Assembly (NCBI GenBank): GCA_004376575.1
Contig: SOJN01000094.1
Location: 9,873 to 73,872 of the forward strand
Source of the DNA: a candidate division TA06 bacterium
GTDB taxonomy: Bacteria; Hydrothermota; DG-26; E44-bin18
Direction: 5' to 3'
Length of the DNA: 64,000 bases
Position numbers and translations under genes: made by a program. Every line of letters starts with the position of its first letter. Position 1 is the first letter of the stretch. The notes under the pieces were generated by a model. That model was not told the DNA's origin and made no database searches. It saw only the letters and a program-made list of their open reading frames with translations. This document shows, in pieces, positions 55,236-64,000 of the stretch.

Positions 55236-58200
55236 CTACCGCATGAGTATCATCTTCTGGGTCGCTGTGTAGTCGCCTGTATCTAAGCGATAGAAGTAGA
55301 CACCGGCGGCAAATGAGCTTGCATTCCACCTGACAGCCTTGTATCCAGGCGATTGCTTCTCATCTACCAGAGTGGCAACCTTCTGTCCCGATACATTGAA
55401 AATATCGAGCTTGACGTAGCTGTCGTTGGGCAGACCATACTTGATATCTGTTATTGAATTGAACGGGTTGGGATGGTTCTGCGTCAGAGGAAACGTCTTG
55501 GGGAGTCCAATATCCGATGTCTCCTCTACACCAACAGCTACTACTGCTATGGTTGCACTGAACTCTGAAGTGTTTCCATTCACATCCGTTGTTGTGGCGG
55601 TCAGCCACTCACCAGCCGAAACCCCTGTCACGACAGCATTCCAATTCCCTGCTCCATCAGGCGTTGCGGAGCCAAGGTAGACTCGCCCCTCTCCATAGCT
55701 TGTTGGGTCAGGGTCGGCCAGGAAGACCTCGACAATTGCTTGGGCAGGATTTGTGTCGATGTCAATGGCCCCGGCAACACTTGCAGTGCCGGAAGATGGA
55801 TTGTAAAAAGCCGCTGTTATCACCGGGAAGTTGAGCTCTTGATTCGGTCCCATATCGAGGTCTCCTGGATCGTTGGTGGTTACACTATCATCAGCGAGGT
55901 CTATCCCCAGCTCACCATTGTCATAGATGGAGTTCTGGGTGATGGTGTTGAAATCGGTGGGCTCATGGAACACACAGACTCCAGCCGAGTCGTTGAAGGC
56001 GATGATGTTGTCGGGGCCAATGGTGTTGTTCTGGGTGTTGTCAAGGAGATAGACTCCGTGCCAGCCATTTCCAAGTGCTCCTGCACCTGTTGCATCGAGT
56101 CCGATATAGTTGTTGACAACTGTATTGAAACCTGGACCAGGACCTGCTATCTCAATCCCCATCCAGGGATTCCCTGAGATCACATTATCGGTAACCACAC
56201 TGTACATAGGACTGGCACCGAGGTCCTCGAAGATGGAGACTCCGTTCCCCGTTGTCCCAACCCCTCCAATGGCAGCCATCCCATCCTTCTCCGTCCCTAT
56301 GTAGTTGCCCTCAACAGTGTTGTTGTCTGAGCCCAGGCCCACTATGTCCACCTGGCCAAAATCCCATCCTGAAATGAGGTTTCGGTCGTCAAGATTGGGT
56401 CCGCCAATCACGTTGCTTGCAGCACCATTTCGTACCCACACACCTGTCTGGTTGACATCTCCGAATTCGGAATAGCCCATACTATCTGTTCCAATATAAC
56501 AGCCGGTCACATGGTTGTTCATCCCACCGTCGATGACCACCCCATTGTAGAACCTGTTTATTACCAGTCCTCGAAGAGTGTTGTTGTTGGAGGGGATGTG
56601 GAATCCGTTTGCGAGAGAGGTGTTGGAGCCGTCTATCTGAATCATCAAGATCGCGTCAGTCGGAGACCCCCGGGGTTGGGTGTTTGGCTGAGACCCTTGC
56701 TCGGTGTAGCCGTCGATGAGAACGCCAGACATATCTGTGATTGAGGGAAGAGGAGTAGGAGGCTGAATGGTATGAGGTCCAGGACCCGTGATGTTGAAGT
56801 CAATGGTGTCGAGTCCGGGTCTGGTATTTGCCTGGGTAATAGCCCACCTTAAGCTTCCTGTTCCGGTATCGTTGGTATTGGTCACTGTAAGCGATGGAGG
56901 GGGCATGGCTGCAAACGCTGCCGCGAGATCCGGTCGGGGCCCAATACTTCCCGAGGGTGGAAAGATCTGAGGGGTGCCAGTGTTTGTCAGAAGGGTCCGG
57001 ACATAGGCTGGTGACGGAGGCGTCGAGGAGATATTTGCAGTCCAGTAGCCCACGCAGCAGGCGACGGCCCCTGCAACGATGGGGGAGGCGCTGGACGTGC
57101 CGGAAAAACTATTGGTGTACCAGAGGGTGTCGCCTTCGGCGCTATAGAGATCACCGTACCCGGTGGTGACCACGTCCTCACCCCAGCCCTGAAGGTCGAA
57201 CCGGGAGCCGTAGCTGGAAAAGGAGAGCCTCTCAAGGTCTCCTTCCGGATAGAACCCTCCAGTGTATGCTCCTCCAGCACCCACGATTATGGCCCCTGAG
57301 TTCCCGTACCAGGTGAGGAGATCAGTATCGATATTGCCATTCCCGCCTGCCTCGACTACATGAATACCGTTCGAGACAGCATTGACAATGGCCGCATAGA
57401 CTCCGTTGTACGATTGAGGACTTGGGCTATAATTGAGCCACCACTCGATGGGAACGAAGCCCCAGGAGCCGGTATAGTCCCACTGTTGCTCCAGGAGGAT
57501 CACATCACCCGCAGTCAAGTTGGCAATTGCCACAGTCATAGCACCCGGAACATTCCAGGTTGGAGTGGGGCTACCATAATTGGTTCCACAAGTCTTCAAG
57601 GACGCCCCATAGCAGATGCCTGTGGTCCCCCAACTACCACTTGTATCGGAGACCAATTCTCCAATGACCGCCGTGCCGTGGTTGTCGTCACTGAAGGGAT
57701 CGAATACGTTCGAATTAATCTGGGAGTTAAGGGCTTTGGGTATGTCTGTGTGGTTGTACTTCCAGCTGTATTCCAGATCACAGACGGTGACCCCCGTCCC
57801 ATCTCCGCCGGGTTGTGTCCAGGCATATTCCGCATCAATTCCTGTCGGCGTGGAACTGGCAGGATCCAGGTAGCCTTGCTGTGGTTCGTAGTCAGGCGGC
57901 AAGGGAGGAGGTGTTGGCTTAGGTACGGGTCGGGCAAGCATTATGCCGTCGAGTGCCTCAAGGTCTTTGCTGATTGCCCAGACGTCCAGCGCCTTCGGGA
58001 TACGCAGGCGATAGATATTGTTCAGGTTGTATACAGGCTTGCCCGTATTCGCTTCACCACGAAACTGGATTTCGTCCAGCTGTTCCTCTGGGACATCAGC
58101 GATTCTGTACCACTCAAACCAGGCAAGCTTCTGGAGGACTTCGTCCACTCCCACCAGAGCGTTAGTTGTCAGATCGGCAAGTGCCCCGCTGCGGAGCCGC

Positions 58201-58331
58201 ACCTCTGAATCCCATGCGAACATCACCTCGATCAGGTCCTCCTCGCAGGGGTAGGGTTGGCCGGCGTCATCCTGGGCAAATGACATAAAGGGAACAGCGA
58301 GCAGAACGATCACGACAAACATCCATCTCAT
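55236..58331 (-). CDS. Secreted S8 (subtilisin-like) serine protease with parallel beta-helix repeats and a T9SS C-terminal sorting domain
   Basis: Start at ATG 58331 (AGGAGG 8 nt upstream; signal peptide MRWMFVVIVLLAVPFMSFA). VTVCDLE (Asp), DNHGTAVIGE (His), SGTSSASPIVAG (Ser). Repeated NN(T/V)..GN beta-helix turns. C-terminus NHPNPFNSITDIKY...IFNVSGQKV...GVYFYRL...MILMR. In-frame upstream starts exist (58478, 58586). Confidence 0.85.
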   Translation of the reverse strand: MRWMFVVIVLLAVPFMSFAQDDAGQPYPCEEDLIEVMFAWDSEVRLRSGALADLTTNALVGVDEVLQKLAWFEWYRIADVPEEQLDEIQFRGEANTGKPVYNLNNIYRLRIPKALDVWAISKDLEALDGIMLARPVPKPTPPPLPPDYEPQQGYLDPASSTPTGIDAEYAWTQPGGDGTGVTVCDLEYSWKYNHTDIPKALNSQINSNVFDPFSDDNHGTAVIGELVSDTSGSWGTTGICYGASLKTCGTNYGSPTPTWNVPGAMTVAIANLTAGDVILLEQQWDYTGSWGFVPIEWWLNYSPSPQSYNGVYAAIVNAVSNGIHVVEAGGNGNIDTDLLTWYGNSGAIIVGAGGAYTGGFYPEGDLERLSFSSYGSRFDLQGWGEDVVTTGYGDLYSAEGDTLWYTNSFSGTSSASPIVAGAVACCVGYWTANISSTPPSPAYVRTLLTNTGTPQIFPPSGSIGPRPDLAAAFAAMPPPSLTVTNTNDTGTGSLRWAITQANTRPGLDTIDFNITGPGPHTIQPPTPLPSITDMSGVLIDGYTEQGSQPNTQPRGSPTDAILMIQIDGSNTSLANGFHIPSNNNTLRGLVINRFYNGVVIDGGMNNHVTGCYIGTDSMGYSEFGDVNQTGVWVRNGAASNVIGGPNLDDRNLISGWDFGQVDIVGLGSDNNTVEGNYIGTEKDGMAAIGGVGTTGNGVSIFEDLGASPMYSVVTDNVISGNPWMGIEIAGPGPGFNTVVNNYIGLDATGAGALGNGWHGVYLLDNTQNNTIGPDNIIAFNDSAGVCVFHEPTDFNTITQNSIYDNGELGIDLADDSVTTNDPGDLDMGPNQELNFPVITAAFYNPSSGTASVAGAIDIDTNPAQAIVEVFLADPDPTSYGEGRVYLGSATPDGAGNWNAVVTGVSAGEWLTATTTDVNGNTSEFSATIAVVAVGVEETSDIGLPKTFPLTQNHPNPFNSITDIKYGLPNDSYVKLDIFNVSGQKVATLVDEKQSPGYKAVRWNASSFAAGVYFYRLDTGDYTATQKMILMR

Positions 58332-58749
58332 CTGAATCACCTCCTGCTGCATGCGACCCACCAAAAGACTGAACGTTCTCATCTTTGCCTCATCTCGATT
58401 TCGCCTCACATTGAGACGGTCAAATGGAAGAGCCTTGAAAGCCCTCCATACTTTTGCAACAGAAGCTTGGGTTCTCATCGATCCTCCTTGATTCTGGGTT
58501 TCACAGCTTCCTAAACAACCACACCTGAATCCGTTACTACGCACGAGACACCTCCTTTCCGATTTCTGGGTACTGACAAAGTCCAAAGAGCATCTTTTGC
58601 TTTCACCTATATTAGACAGTGGAGGGTGGTTTTTTTGAAAAGATTCGACGGCGGGGGAGCCAGACGGAATAGGGTCCTGAGAGCCTCAAAACACTGATAG
58701 AGTGAGTGGACTGGAGGGCAAGAAATCCAAGGTTATCTTCTGTAACCGC

Positions 58750-61700
58750 CTAGGGCTTTGGAGAGCGGTGTTGGCGGATGGCGGTTCCAGCAAAGAGGGA
58801 GGAAACGACTGTGATTCCGAGGATGAGCAATATTACCTGAGGTGTGAAGGGTGATGGACCCTCAATTTGTATAGGTGACTTACTCTCTCCTATCAGTACG
58901 AATGGCGCCCAGTGAAATGGGTGATGAAGTTCTGGATCAGTTGAGGCCATCATATCCAGCTTGGCCAACCGCAGTGCTTGGTTTTTTTTCTCTCCTGAAA
59001 CAAGCCGGCGACAAAATCTTTCCATCAGTTCCGCTGTGGACTGATCGTTGACCTTCCACAAACTGACCACAACAGATGGAGCTCCCGCATACATGAAGGT
59101 ACGTGACAGCCCCAAGATACCTTCGCCACGCACATATTGGCCCAACCCTGTCTCGCACGCGGAGAGGACAACCAGATCTGTATTAAGATACAAATCGGCA
59201 ATCTCTCTTAGACTTAAGAACCCATCCTCTGCGGGATCATCATCAAAAGACAGCAAAATGCCTGAACCGCTGGGTATCATCTCGTTGAGCACGCCGTGTG
59301 CAGCGAAATGAATAATTTTGTAACTGATAGTATCACTTGCTTTCAACACATCCTCACGTGCGTCTTCTCGTAGAAAAAGACGCCGTCGGCTGTTCTTGAA
59401 CAGCCGCCCAATCCTGTCCACTTCCCACTGCGCAAAGTTCAGTCGAGGAAACTGGTAGGGGTAGGTGGTTGGACCGACCTCTATGGCTCTGACCGAATCC
59501 GTCCTGCTGGGTTCTCTTCCCGTGGAGAGAGCAAACTCACCCTTTGACATAGGATCTCCGAAAGCCAATAAGTCCAATGAGGCAGTTTCAACGGTTTGCT
59601 GAGTGCGTTTCATCAGGTGTACAAGCACAGATGCTGAAGGAGCATAAGTGATATTGTGGGATTGGATAAGATATGGTATCTCAAGGTTCTTTTCAAGCTG
59701 GCCTGGAGATTTTGTTACCAGGGCTTCAAAGGGAAGATAGAAAAGCTTACCATCCGGTATTACAATCAAGTCACCACTCACTTTGGATTCAGATATTGCC
59801 CGGGCAAGAAGTCTTTGATAGAGATGAAAACCCATCTTGATCAGAGGGATCATCTTCGAGGTGTCGTCCATGAAGCTCTGATAAAAGAGAATTGCATTCA
59901 TAATTTCGTTCGCATCGTCCAGCTGATAAAATCGAATGTCCGATTTAGATATCGCCCACAGATAGATTCTGTTCTCACCCAGGAAGTACTCCAGTATCAG
60001 ATCGCCCTCATCAGTGATGTTTTGCTGAATTTCTTCGAGCGTTAAAGGCCTTGGCGAGGTTAGATTGATAAGCGTAGGTCTAATTCCTCTCTTTAACCGA
60101 ATAGACTGAAGCAGACTCTCTGCCTTTTGTAATTCTCCTTTGATATTCTCTCTTTCTGTCTTCTCTTTTCCTCTATGCAAAAGCCTGAAATGTAAGGCTG
60201 ATATCTTTTTGATTAGCTCCTTTTCCTGAGTCATGAGATCTGTCTCGTTCTCTTGAGCGGCGTTCCAGGCAGATTCAACAAGGTGGTCAAGAAACGACCG
60301 TGACCGGCAGCGTTCAGAGTATGAGAAACCCAGCGCATCATATCCCTTGTAAGGCTGTTTTTGGTGAAGCTCATATAGTAGTCTGATTACTGATTCGTAG
60401 AGTTCAATCTTGTTACTTATGAAACTGGCTTTGAGTTCTTCAACACCAATTTCAATGCGTAATCCCTCTAAGGTCTCCACGGCATCGGCATAGGACCTCA
60501 GAGCCTTCTCAAGATGCCCCTGTCTTTCATAGGTATCGCCGATGTCCTGTTGTGCCTGCCAGATGATTTCAGGGCTGTCAAGTTCAAGACCAATGCGGAA
60601 GGCGGCCCAAAAAGAGGTGAGCGCGGAATCCAAATCCCCCAAGCACTTGCGAGTCCATCCTGCCCATAGGAGAGCACTCGCCTCATAATATCGGTTTCCT
60701 ATGTCTCGAAAAATAGAAAGTGCCCTCTTGATGTATTGAAGACCTTTCTCATGTTTACCCGATTTTGCATATGCACTCCCAATATCCAGAAGGGCTTTAC
60801 CCGCACTGGATTTATCACCAAGCCCATCAAATGTGGCTAGAGCCTGACTGAGGAATTCGATAGCGTCAGAGTATTGTGCCAGGTTATGGAAATGTACAAT
60901 CCCGATGTTACTGAAATTGATCGCCTCTTGACGTTTCAGCCCTAACGTTCGCTGGATTTCCACTGCCTGGGAGTAGTAATCCAGTGCCCTGTGGTACTGC
61001 CCGATATATTGATATATGACACCGAAATTGCCCAGAGCCGTAGCCTCGTTTGCTTTTTCACCAGTTGCCTGAGTGATCTCCAGGAATCGCTCCAAGGTGG
61101 CCAGGGCCTGACCGTAGTCTCCTGTCCACATATAGATGATAGCGATATTGTTGAGGTCGTTTCCTTCTCCACTGAGGTAACCAATTCCCCGATCAAGATT
61201 AAGAGCTCGACGAAGATGCTCCAAGGCGCTCCGGTACTGCCCGAGGTACGTGTGCACCAGTCCCGCCAATCCTAAATCAGCAGCCATTCCCTTACGATCG
61301 CCCAGCTCAGTATGTATGCCCAGAGCCTTCCAACATGTGCTCAGAGCGTCCTCGTACTCACTCTTCCAGTAGAGATTAACTGCTTGGGCCACCAGTGAGT
61401 CAGCCTTCAGTTTATTTGCTTTCTTCTTCGCAGACCACCGACTGTACTTCTGACACAAATTTTGCAGCCGTTCATCGTCGAAAACCTTTGAATACATTTT
61501 GGCCAGGCGCAATGACAGCTCGACTTGCTGGCGGCCGAGTTGCAGTTCACCTATTAATTCTTCTTCGATTCCGGACTCAACAAGTTCGAGAGCCAATCGG
61601 TAGATGGAATGCTGATTCTCGCTGATGAGTTCGATCAATCTGGTGGTATCGCCCCTGTCAATTAGCTCTTTTGCCTCTGTGTAGAGTTCATCATGGAACC

Positions 61701-61800
61701 CCGATTCCGTGCCAGGGCCAGCGAGTAGAACTGCGGGAAACACAATGACATGGGCTAGCAAAATAGCCACCGATAAGTTGAGAATTGAAGATTTTCTCAT
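58750..61800 (-). CDS. Exported TPR-repeat / CHAT-domain (caspase-like) protein with a C-terminal membrane anchor
   Basis: 1016 aa. N-terminal signal/anchor, about 10 TPR-like repeats. CHAT core with IIHFAAHG (His) and LVVLSACETGLG (Cys). C-terminal TM VILLILGITVVSSLFAGTAI. Confidence 0.85.
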   Translation of the reverse strand: MRKSSILNLSVAILLAHVIVFPAVLLAGPGTESGFHDELYTEAKELIDRGDTTRLIELISENQHSIYRLALELVESGIEEELIGELQLGRQQVELSLRLAKMYSKVFDDERLQNLCQKYSRWSAKKKANKLKADSLVAQAVNLYWKSEYEDALSTCWKALGIHTELGDRKGMAADLGLAGLVHTYLGQYRSALEHLRRALNLDRGIGYLSGEGNDLNNIAIIYMWTGDYGQALATLERFLEITQATGEKANEATALGNFGVIYQYIGQYHRALDYYSQAVEIQRTLGLKRQEAINFSNIGIVHFHNLAQYSDAIEFLSQALATFDGLGDKSSAGKALLDIGSAYAKSGKHEKGLQYIKRALSIFRDIGNRYYEASALLWAGWTRKCLGDLDSALTSFWAAFRIGLELDSPEIIWQAQQDIGDTYERQGHLEKALRSYADAVETLEGLRIEIGVEELKASFISNKIELYESVIRLLYELHQKQPYKGYDALGFSYSERCRSRSFLDHLVESAWNAAQENETDLMTQEKELIKKISALHFRLLHRGKEKTERENIKGELQKAESLLQSIRLKRGIRPTLINLTSPRPLTLEEIQQNITDEGDLILEYFLGENRIYLWAISKSDIRFYQLDDANEIMNAILFYQSFMDDTSKMIPLIKMGFHLYQRLLARAISESKVSGDLIVIPDGKLFYLPFEALVTKSPGQLEKNLEIPYLIQSHNITYAPSASVLVHLMKRTQQTVETASLDLLAFGDPMSKGEFALSTGREPSRTDSVRAIEVGPTTYPYQFPRLNFAQWEVDRIGRLFKNSRRRLFLREDAREDVLKASDTISYKIIHFAAHGVLNEMIPSGSGILLSFDDDPAEDGFLSLREIADLYLNTDLVVLSACETGLGQYVRGEGILGLSRTFMYAGAPSVVVSLWKVNDQSTAELMERFCRRLVSGEKKNQALRLAKLDMMASTDPELHHPFHWAPFVLIGESKSPIQIEGPSPFTPQVILLILGITVVSSLFAGTAIRQHRSPKP

Positions 61801-61873
61801 CGCCTTCTGCCTTCTGCTACCTTTCTGGCCTTTCGGAGCCTCTTAGTATTCTTCAAGAACCATTTTCAGTTCG

Positions 61874-62605
61874 TTATTCCTTGACCTGCAATTCTGCTGA
61901 TCTCGTTGTTTCGACGTTCCCGTCTGTGAAGTGGTATCTTACCAGCCAGTGGTATTGTTTACCTGGTTCCAGTTCATCCACCTTATCTTTGAGTTCAAAC
62001 TGTGCATCTTTTGTCGACTTTTTCAAGAATGTAGTACCTGAATCTAAGTCGAAGACAATGAGTTCGTAGTGGTCGATTTCCTTACTCGATTCCCAACGAA
62101 ATGTGATCGTTTTTGTCTTCTTAATCTTGCCAATGGGACTGTTCAGTCTTGGGTGCCTCAACCTCTCTTCTGGACTCCTTGTTGCTGGCGTGGATGGTAG
62201 CCAAGGTTTATTGTATTGGTCATACAGGATGAGGGAAGTTGCAGCTACCAAGAATACAATCAGGGTAGCAGTCGCGAATCGGTAATTAAGAACGAGGCTC
62301 GGTACCTTGAATGAGACAAGCTGTCTTATTCTTTCAAGTACATTAATGGACACTCTTGCCTCGAGAGGCTGCGTATGGCTGACCAAGTCTTTGACCCGTT
62401 CTTCGTGATGTCTGCCAGCTTCCAGGAGCTCAAGCCCTGTAATTGTGGCCATTTCACGCACCATGTTGGTAACAACGCTAAGACATCGATCACATACACC
62501 AAGGTGCTGTTCAACTCTCTTTCTTTCCCTGCCGGAGACTGACCCGTCGAGATACCCACATAGTATCTCATCTGATAGGCAATCTGAGTGCTTTGTGCTT
62601 TTCAT
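61874..62605 (-). CDS. Anti-sigma factor (zf-HC2 N-terminus, one TM, beta-rich extracytoplasmic domain)
   Basis: 243 aa. C-x...H-x3-C-x2-C (CLSDEILCGYLDG...QHLGVCDRCLSVV), TM FATATLIVFLVAATSLILY, C-terminal Ig/FN3-like sequence. Confidence 0.75.
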   Translation of the reverse strand: MKSTKHSDCLSDEILCGYLDGSVSGRERKRVEQHLGVCDRCLSVVTNMVREMATITGLELLEAGRHHEERVKDLVSHTQPLEARVSINVLERIRQLVSFKVPSLVLNYRFATATLIVFLVAATSLILYDQYNKPWLPSTPATRSPEERLRHPRLNSPIGKIKKTKTITFRWESSKEIDHYELIVFDLDSGTTFLKKSTKDAQFELKDKVDELEPGKQYHWLVRYHFTDGNVETTRSAELQVKE

Positions 62606-62670
62606 ATTGATTCCTCCCAGTCATATTAGACAGCTCAGCATGAATTTTTTCAAAATTATCTGGGCCTCAG

Positions 62671-63405
62671 CTACTCGAATATTGTCTGTTCAAAGAGCTC
62701 GATTATGATCGCAAATTGTCTGTCATCCCATTGATGCTGAGCACACAACCTGTTGAGAAACTTGAACTTATCCAGTATCTTCCTCAGCTCGTATGCAGCC
62801 TTGTTTGTATCAGGGAGATTCATCAGATCAGCTATTTCTCTCAGCTTCAGCCCCTTTTGGAATCGCAATCTCAGCATCAATCTTTCGCGTGCATTGAGTT
62901 CGCCAACCGTATCTAACACGGGCTTTCTAATTTCTTCCACACTGATGAAACTCCAATCAACCGCTCTCGACCATTCTTCGTGGCTGGCAATCTTACTGAA
63001 TGCTTGGTCGGTAAAATCCACGAAATCTAGCTTTTCGTGGTGCTTTTTCAAGTTTCGAAGTACCTTTGATTTAATGGTTTGCACAATTCGAAATAGGTAG
63101 GTTTGAAACTCTGCTTTTCCTTTAAATCCCTTTATTATTCTGAAATCGTTTTCATGCAACTTTTCGAAGACCTCATAATAGATTTCATGTGCTAACTCTT
63201 CTGCATCACTCGTTGGTCCAATCAACTTCAACGCCACCGTGTATACAAATCGAGAATACTTGTCGACAAAAATAGACCAACCACTTGGTTCATCTTTCAG
63301 AAGTATGTTTCGGACATCAAGAAAAGACAAATCCTTGTGTCGTTCTTCAAGCTCGATAAGTTCTCTGGGGAATTGGGCTATGTTAGAGGAAGCCATGATT
63401 TTCAC
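62671..63405 (-). CDS. Sigma-70 family (ECF-like) RNA polymerase sigma factor with a C-terminal extension
   Basis: 244 aa. Region 2-like (FVYTVALKLIG...AEELAHEIYYEVFEKL...F.TYLFRIV) and region 4 HTH (LNARERLMLRLRFQKGLKLREIADLMNLPDTNKAAYELRK). Confidence 0.8.
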   Translation of the reverse strand: MKIMASSNIAQFPRELIELEERHKDLSFLDVRNILLKDEPSGWSIFVDKYSRFVYTVALKLIGPTSDAEELAHEIYYEVFEKLHENDFRIIKGFKGKAEFQTYLFRIVQTIKSKVLRNLKKHHEKLDFVDFTDQAFSKIASHEEWSRAVDWSFISVEEIRKPVLDTVGELNARERLMLRLRFQKGLKLREIADLMNLPDTNKAAYELRKILDKFKFLNRLCAQHQWDDRQFAIIIELFEQTIFE

Positions 63406-63614
63406 TGTTTACACCGAAAAGAGTATAAGTCATGTAGGCAGTGGAGACAACACAATTCCCGACAGCGCCAAAGCATCTGAAAACTTAGAGCTCAGATCGG
63501 AGATCTCCTTCCCGAGACGGTAGGCCCCGGTCTTGTCGGCATACATCGCACCAAGGGAGATCGGTGCCAACACCATCTTGGCACCATAGCAGCTGGAATT
63601 ATCATACGCACATT

Positions 63615-63644
63615 CGCGTACGTGCGCATATGTACACATGTGCA
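63615..63644. repeat. 30-nt perfectly alternating pyrimidine-purine tract (CGCGTACGTGCGCATATGTACACATGTGCA)
   Basis: Checked base by base. An 11-nt tract (63603..63613) lies just upstream. Confidence 0.95.
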
Positions 63645-63729
63645 AGCGTGCAAATGAGCGAATCTGCGAGGGTGCTTTTGCATTCAAGCTGATAGGGCCC
63701 GGAAAAAATGTCACACCCAGGGACGGGCA

Positions 63730-64000
63730 TTACCCCTTACGTAGAATGAGCATATCCGCCTTTGAGAAGTAGCGGAATGCGTTTTTCCCGTGGTTCTTGC
63801 TCAATTTGGTGGTGTATTTCTGTAGTGCTCTTAATGTGCCCGGGCCCCCAGCATCGTCCCCGAAGGACATCTTCATGTACCAATTTCCTTTTCTCAGCGA
63901 CCCTTCCGGAGTCAACCATCCCTTTTTCTTCAGTGGAACATGTTCACAGTGGACACCGTACTTCTCCAGCGCCTTGAAGTAGTCCTTCGCCTTCGAATAG
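63730..64000 (-). CDS. C-terminal fragment of an unidentified protein (5' end beyond the window)
   Basis: Own translation: an open frame runs from the window edge to TAA (63730-63732): YSKAKDYFKALEKYGVHCEHVPLKKKGWLTPEGSLRKGNWYMKMSFGDDAGGPGTLRALQKYTTKLSKNHGKNAFRYFSKADMLILRKG. Protein-like composition, no family recognised. Confidence 0.45.
   Translation of the reverse strand, partial: YSKAKDYFKALEKYGVHCEHVPLKKKGWLTPEGSLRKGNWYMKMSFGDDAGGPGTLRALQKYTTKLSKNHGKNAFRYFSKADMLILRKG

Noticed and set aside
58332-58750. ECF-type promoter (GAAC-N16/17-CGT) in the S8 leader and upstream of the sigma gene.
   Set aside because: Only weak candidates exist (for example TGAAAC-N17-CGAT near 58500), and no motif is shared between the two regions.

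Overview
64-kb window, about 50% GC by eye, apparently from an uncultivated bacterium that uses type IX secretion (T9SS). Seven proteins end in the PNPF...YDxxGRLV...GxYFYRL...KMxLxR sorting domain.

(1) 1-17.4 kb is almost all minus-strand housekeeping:
- a truncated membrane protein fused to a spermidine-synthase-like domain, then rlmI and an EamA transporter;
- a RayT/IS200-like Y1 transposase gene bracketed by a perfect 35-bp inverted repeat;
- comM, anmK-murQ, yraN-rnhB-rplS-trmD-rimM-KH-rpsP;
- a DUF438/hemerythrin protein, an octaheme HAO-family cytochrome, a GAF protein, arsC, an Fe-S protein, a GNAT and tRNA-Pro.

(2) 18.5-22.3 kb is a visibly AT-richer SOS cassette: lexA, a translationally coupled MBL-fold gene, dinB and DUF72.

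(3) 22.4-41 kb is a secretome island:
- divergent M36-like and C25 (gingipain-like) giant proteases;
- a MazEF-type toxin-antitoxin pair;
- three paralogous 7-repeat propeller-like T9SS cargos, two predicted outer-membrane proteins and an orphan gene;
- tRNA-Arg, and an IgGFc-binding-like cargo sitting between the intact tRNA-Arg and a displaced 5'-half remnant of it.

(4) 41.9-54.1 kb holds an S1-TPR protease, a four-helix-bundle (23S IVS/Avd-like) gene and a glycan cluster. The cluster is GT2, a methyltransferase and a flippase, facing a trio of GT-C-like, spermidine-synthase-like membrane protein and GT-C-like genes.

(5) 54.6-63.4 kb holds a small membrane protein, an S8 protease cargo, and a sigma / anti-sigma / exported TPR-CHAT module.

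The intergenic DNA of the right two thirds is unusual. It is a mosaic of recurring modules:
- promoter/leader cassettes;
- hairpin units;
- 7- and 8-nt periodic arrays;
- three 23-32-nt perfectly alternating pyrimidine-purine tracts;
- motifs related to the inverted repeat that flanks the RayT-like gene.

I found no rRNA, no CRISPR array, no integrase and no reverse transcriptase.
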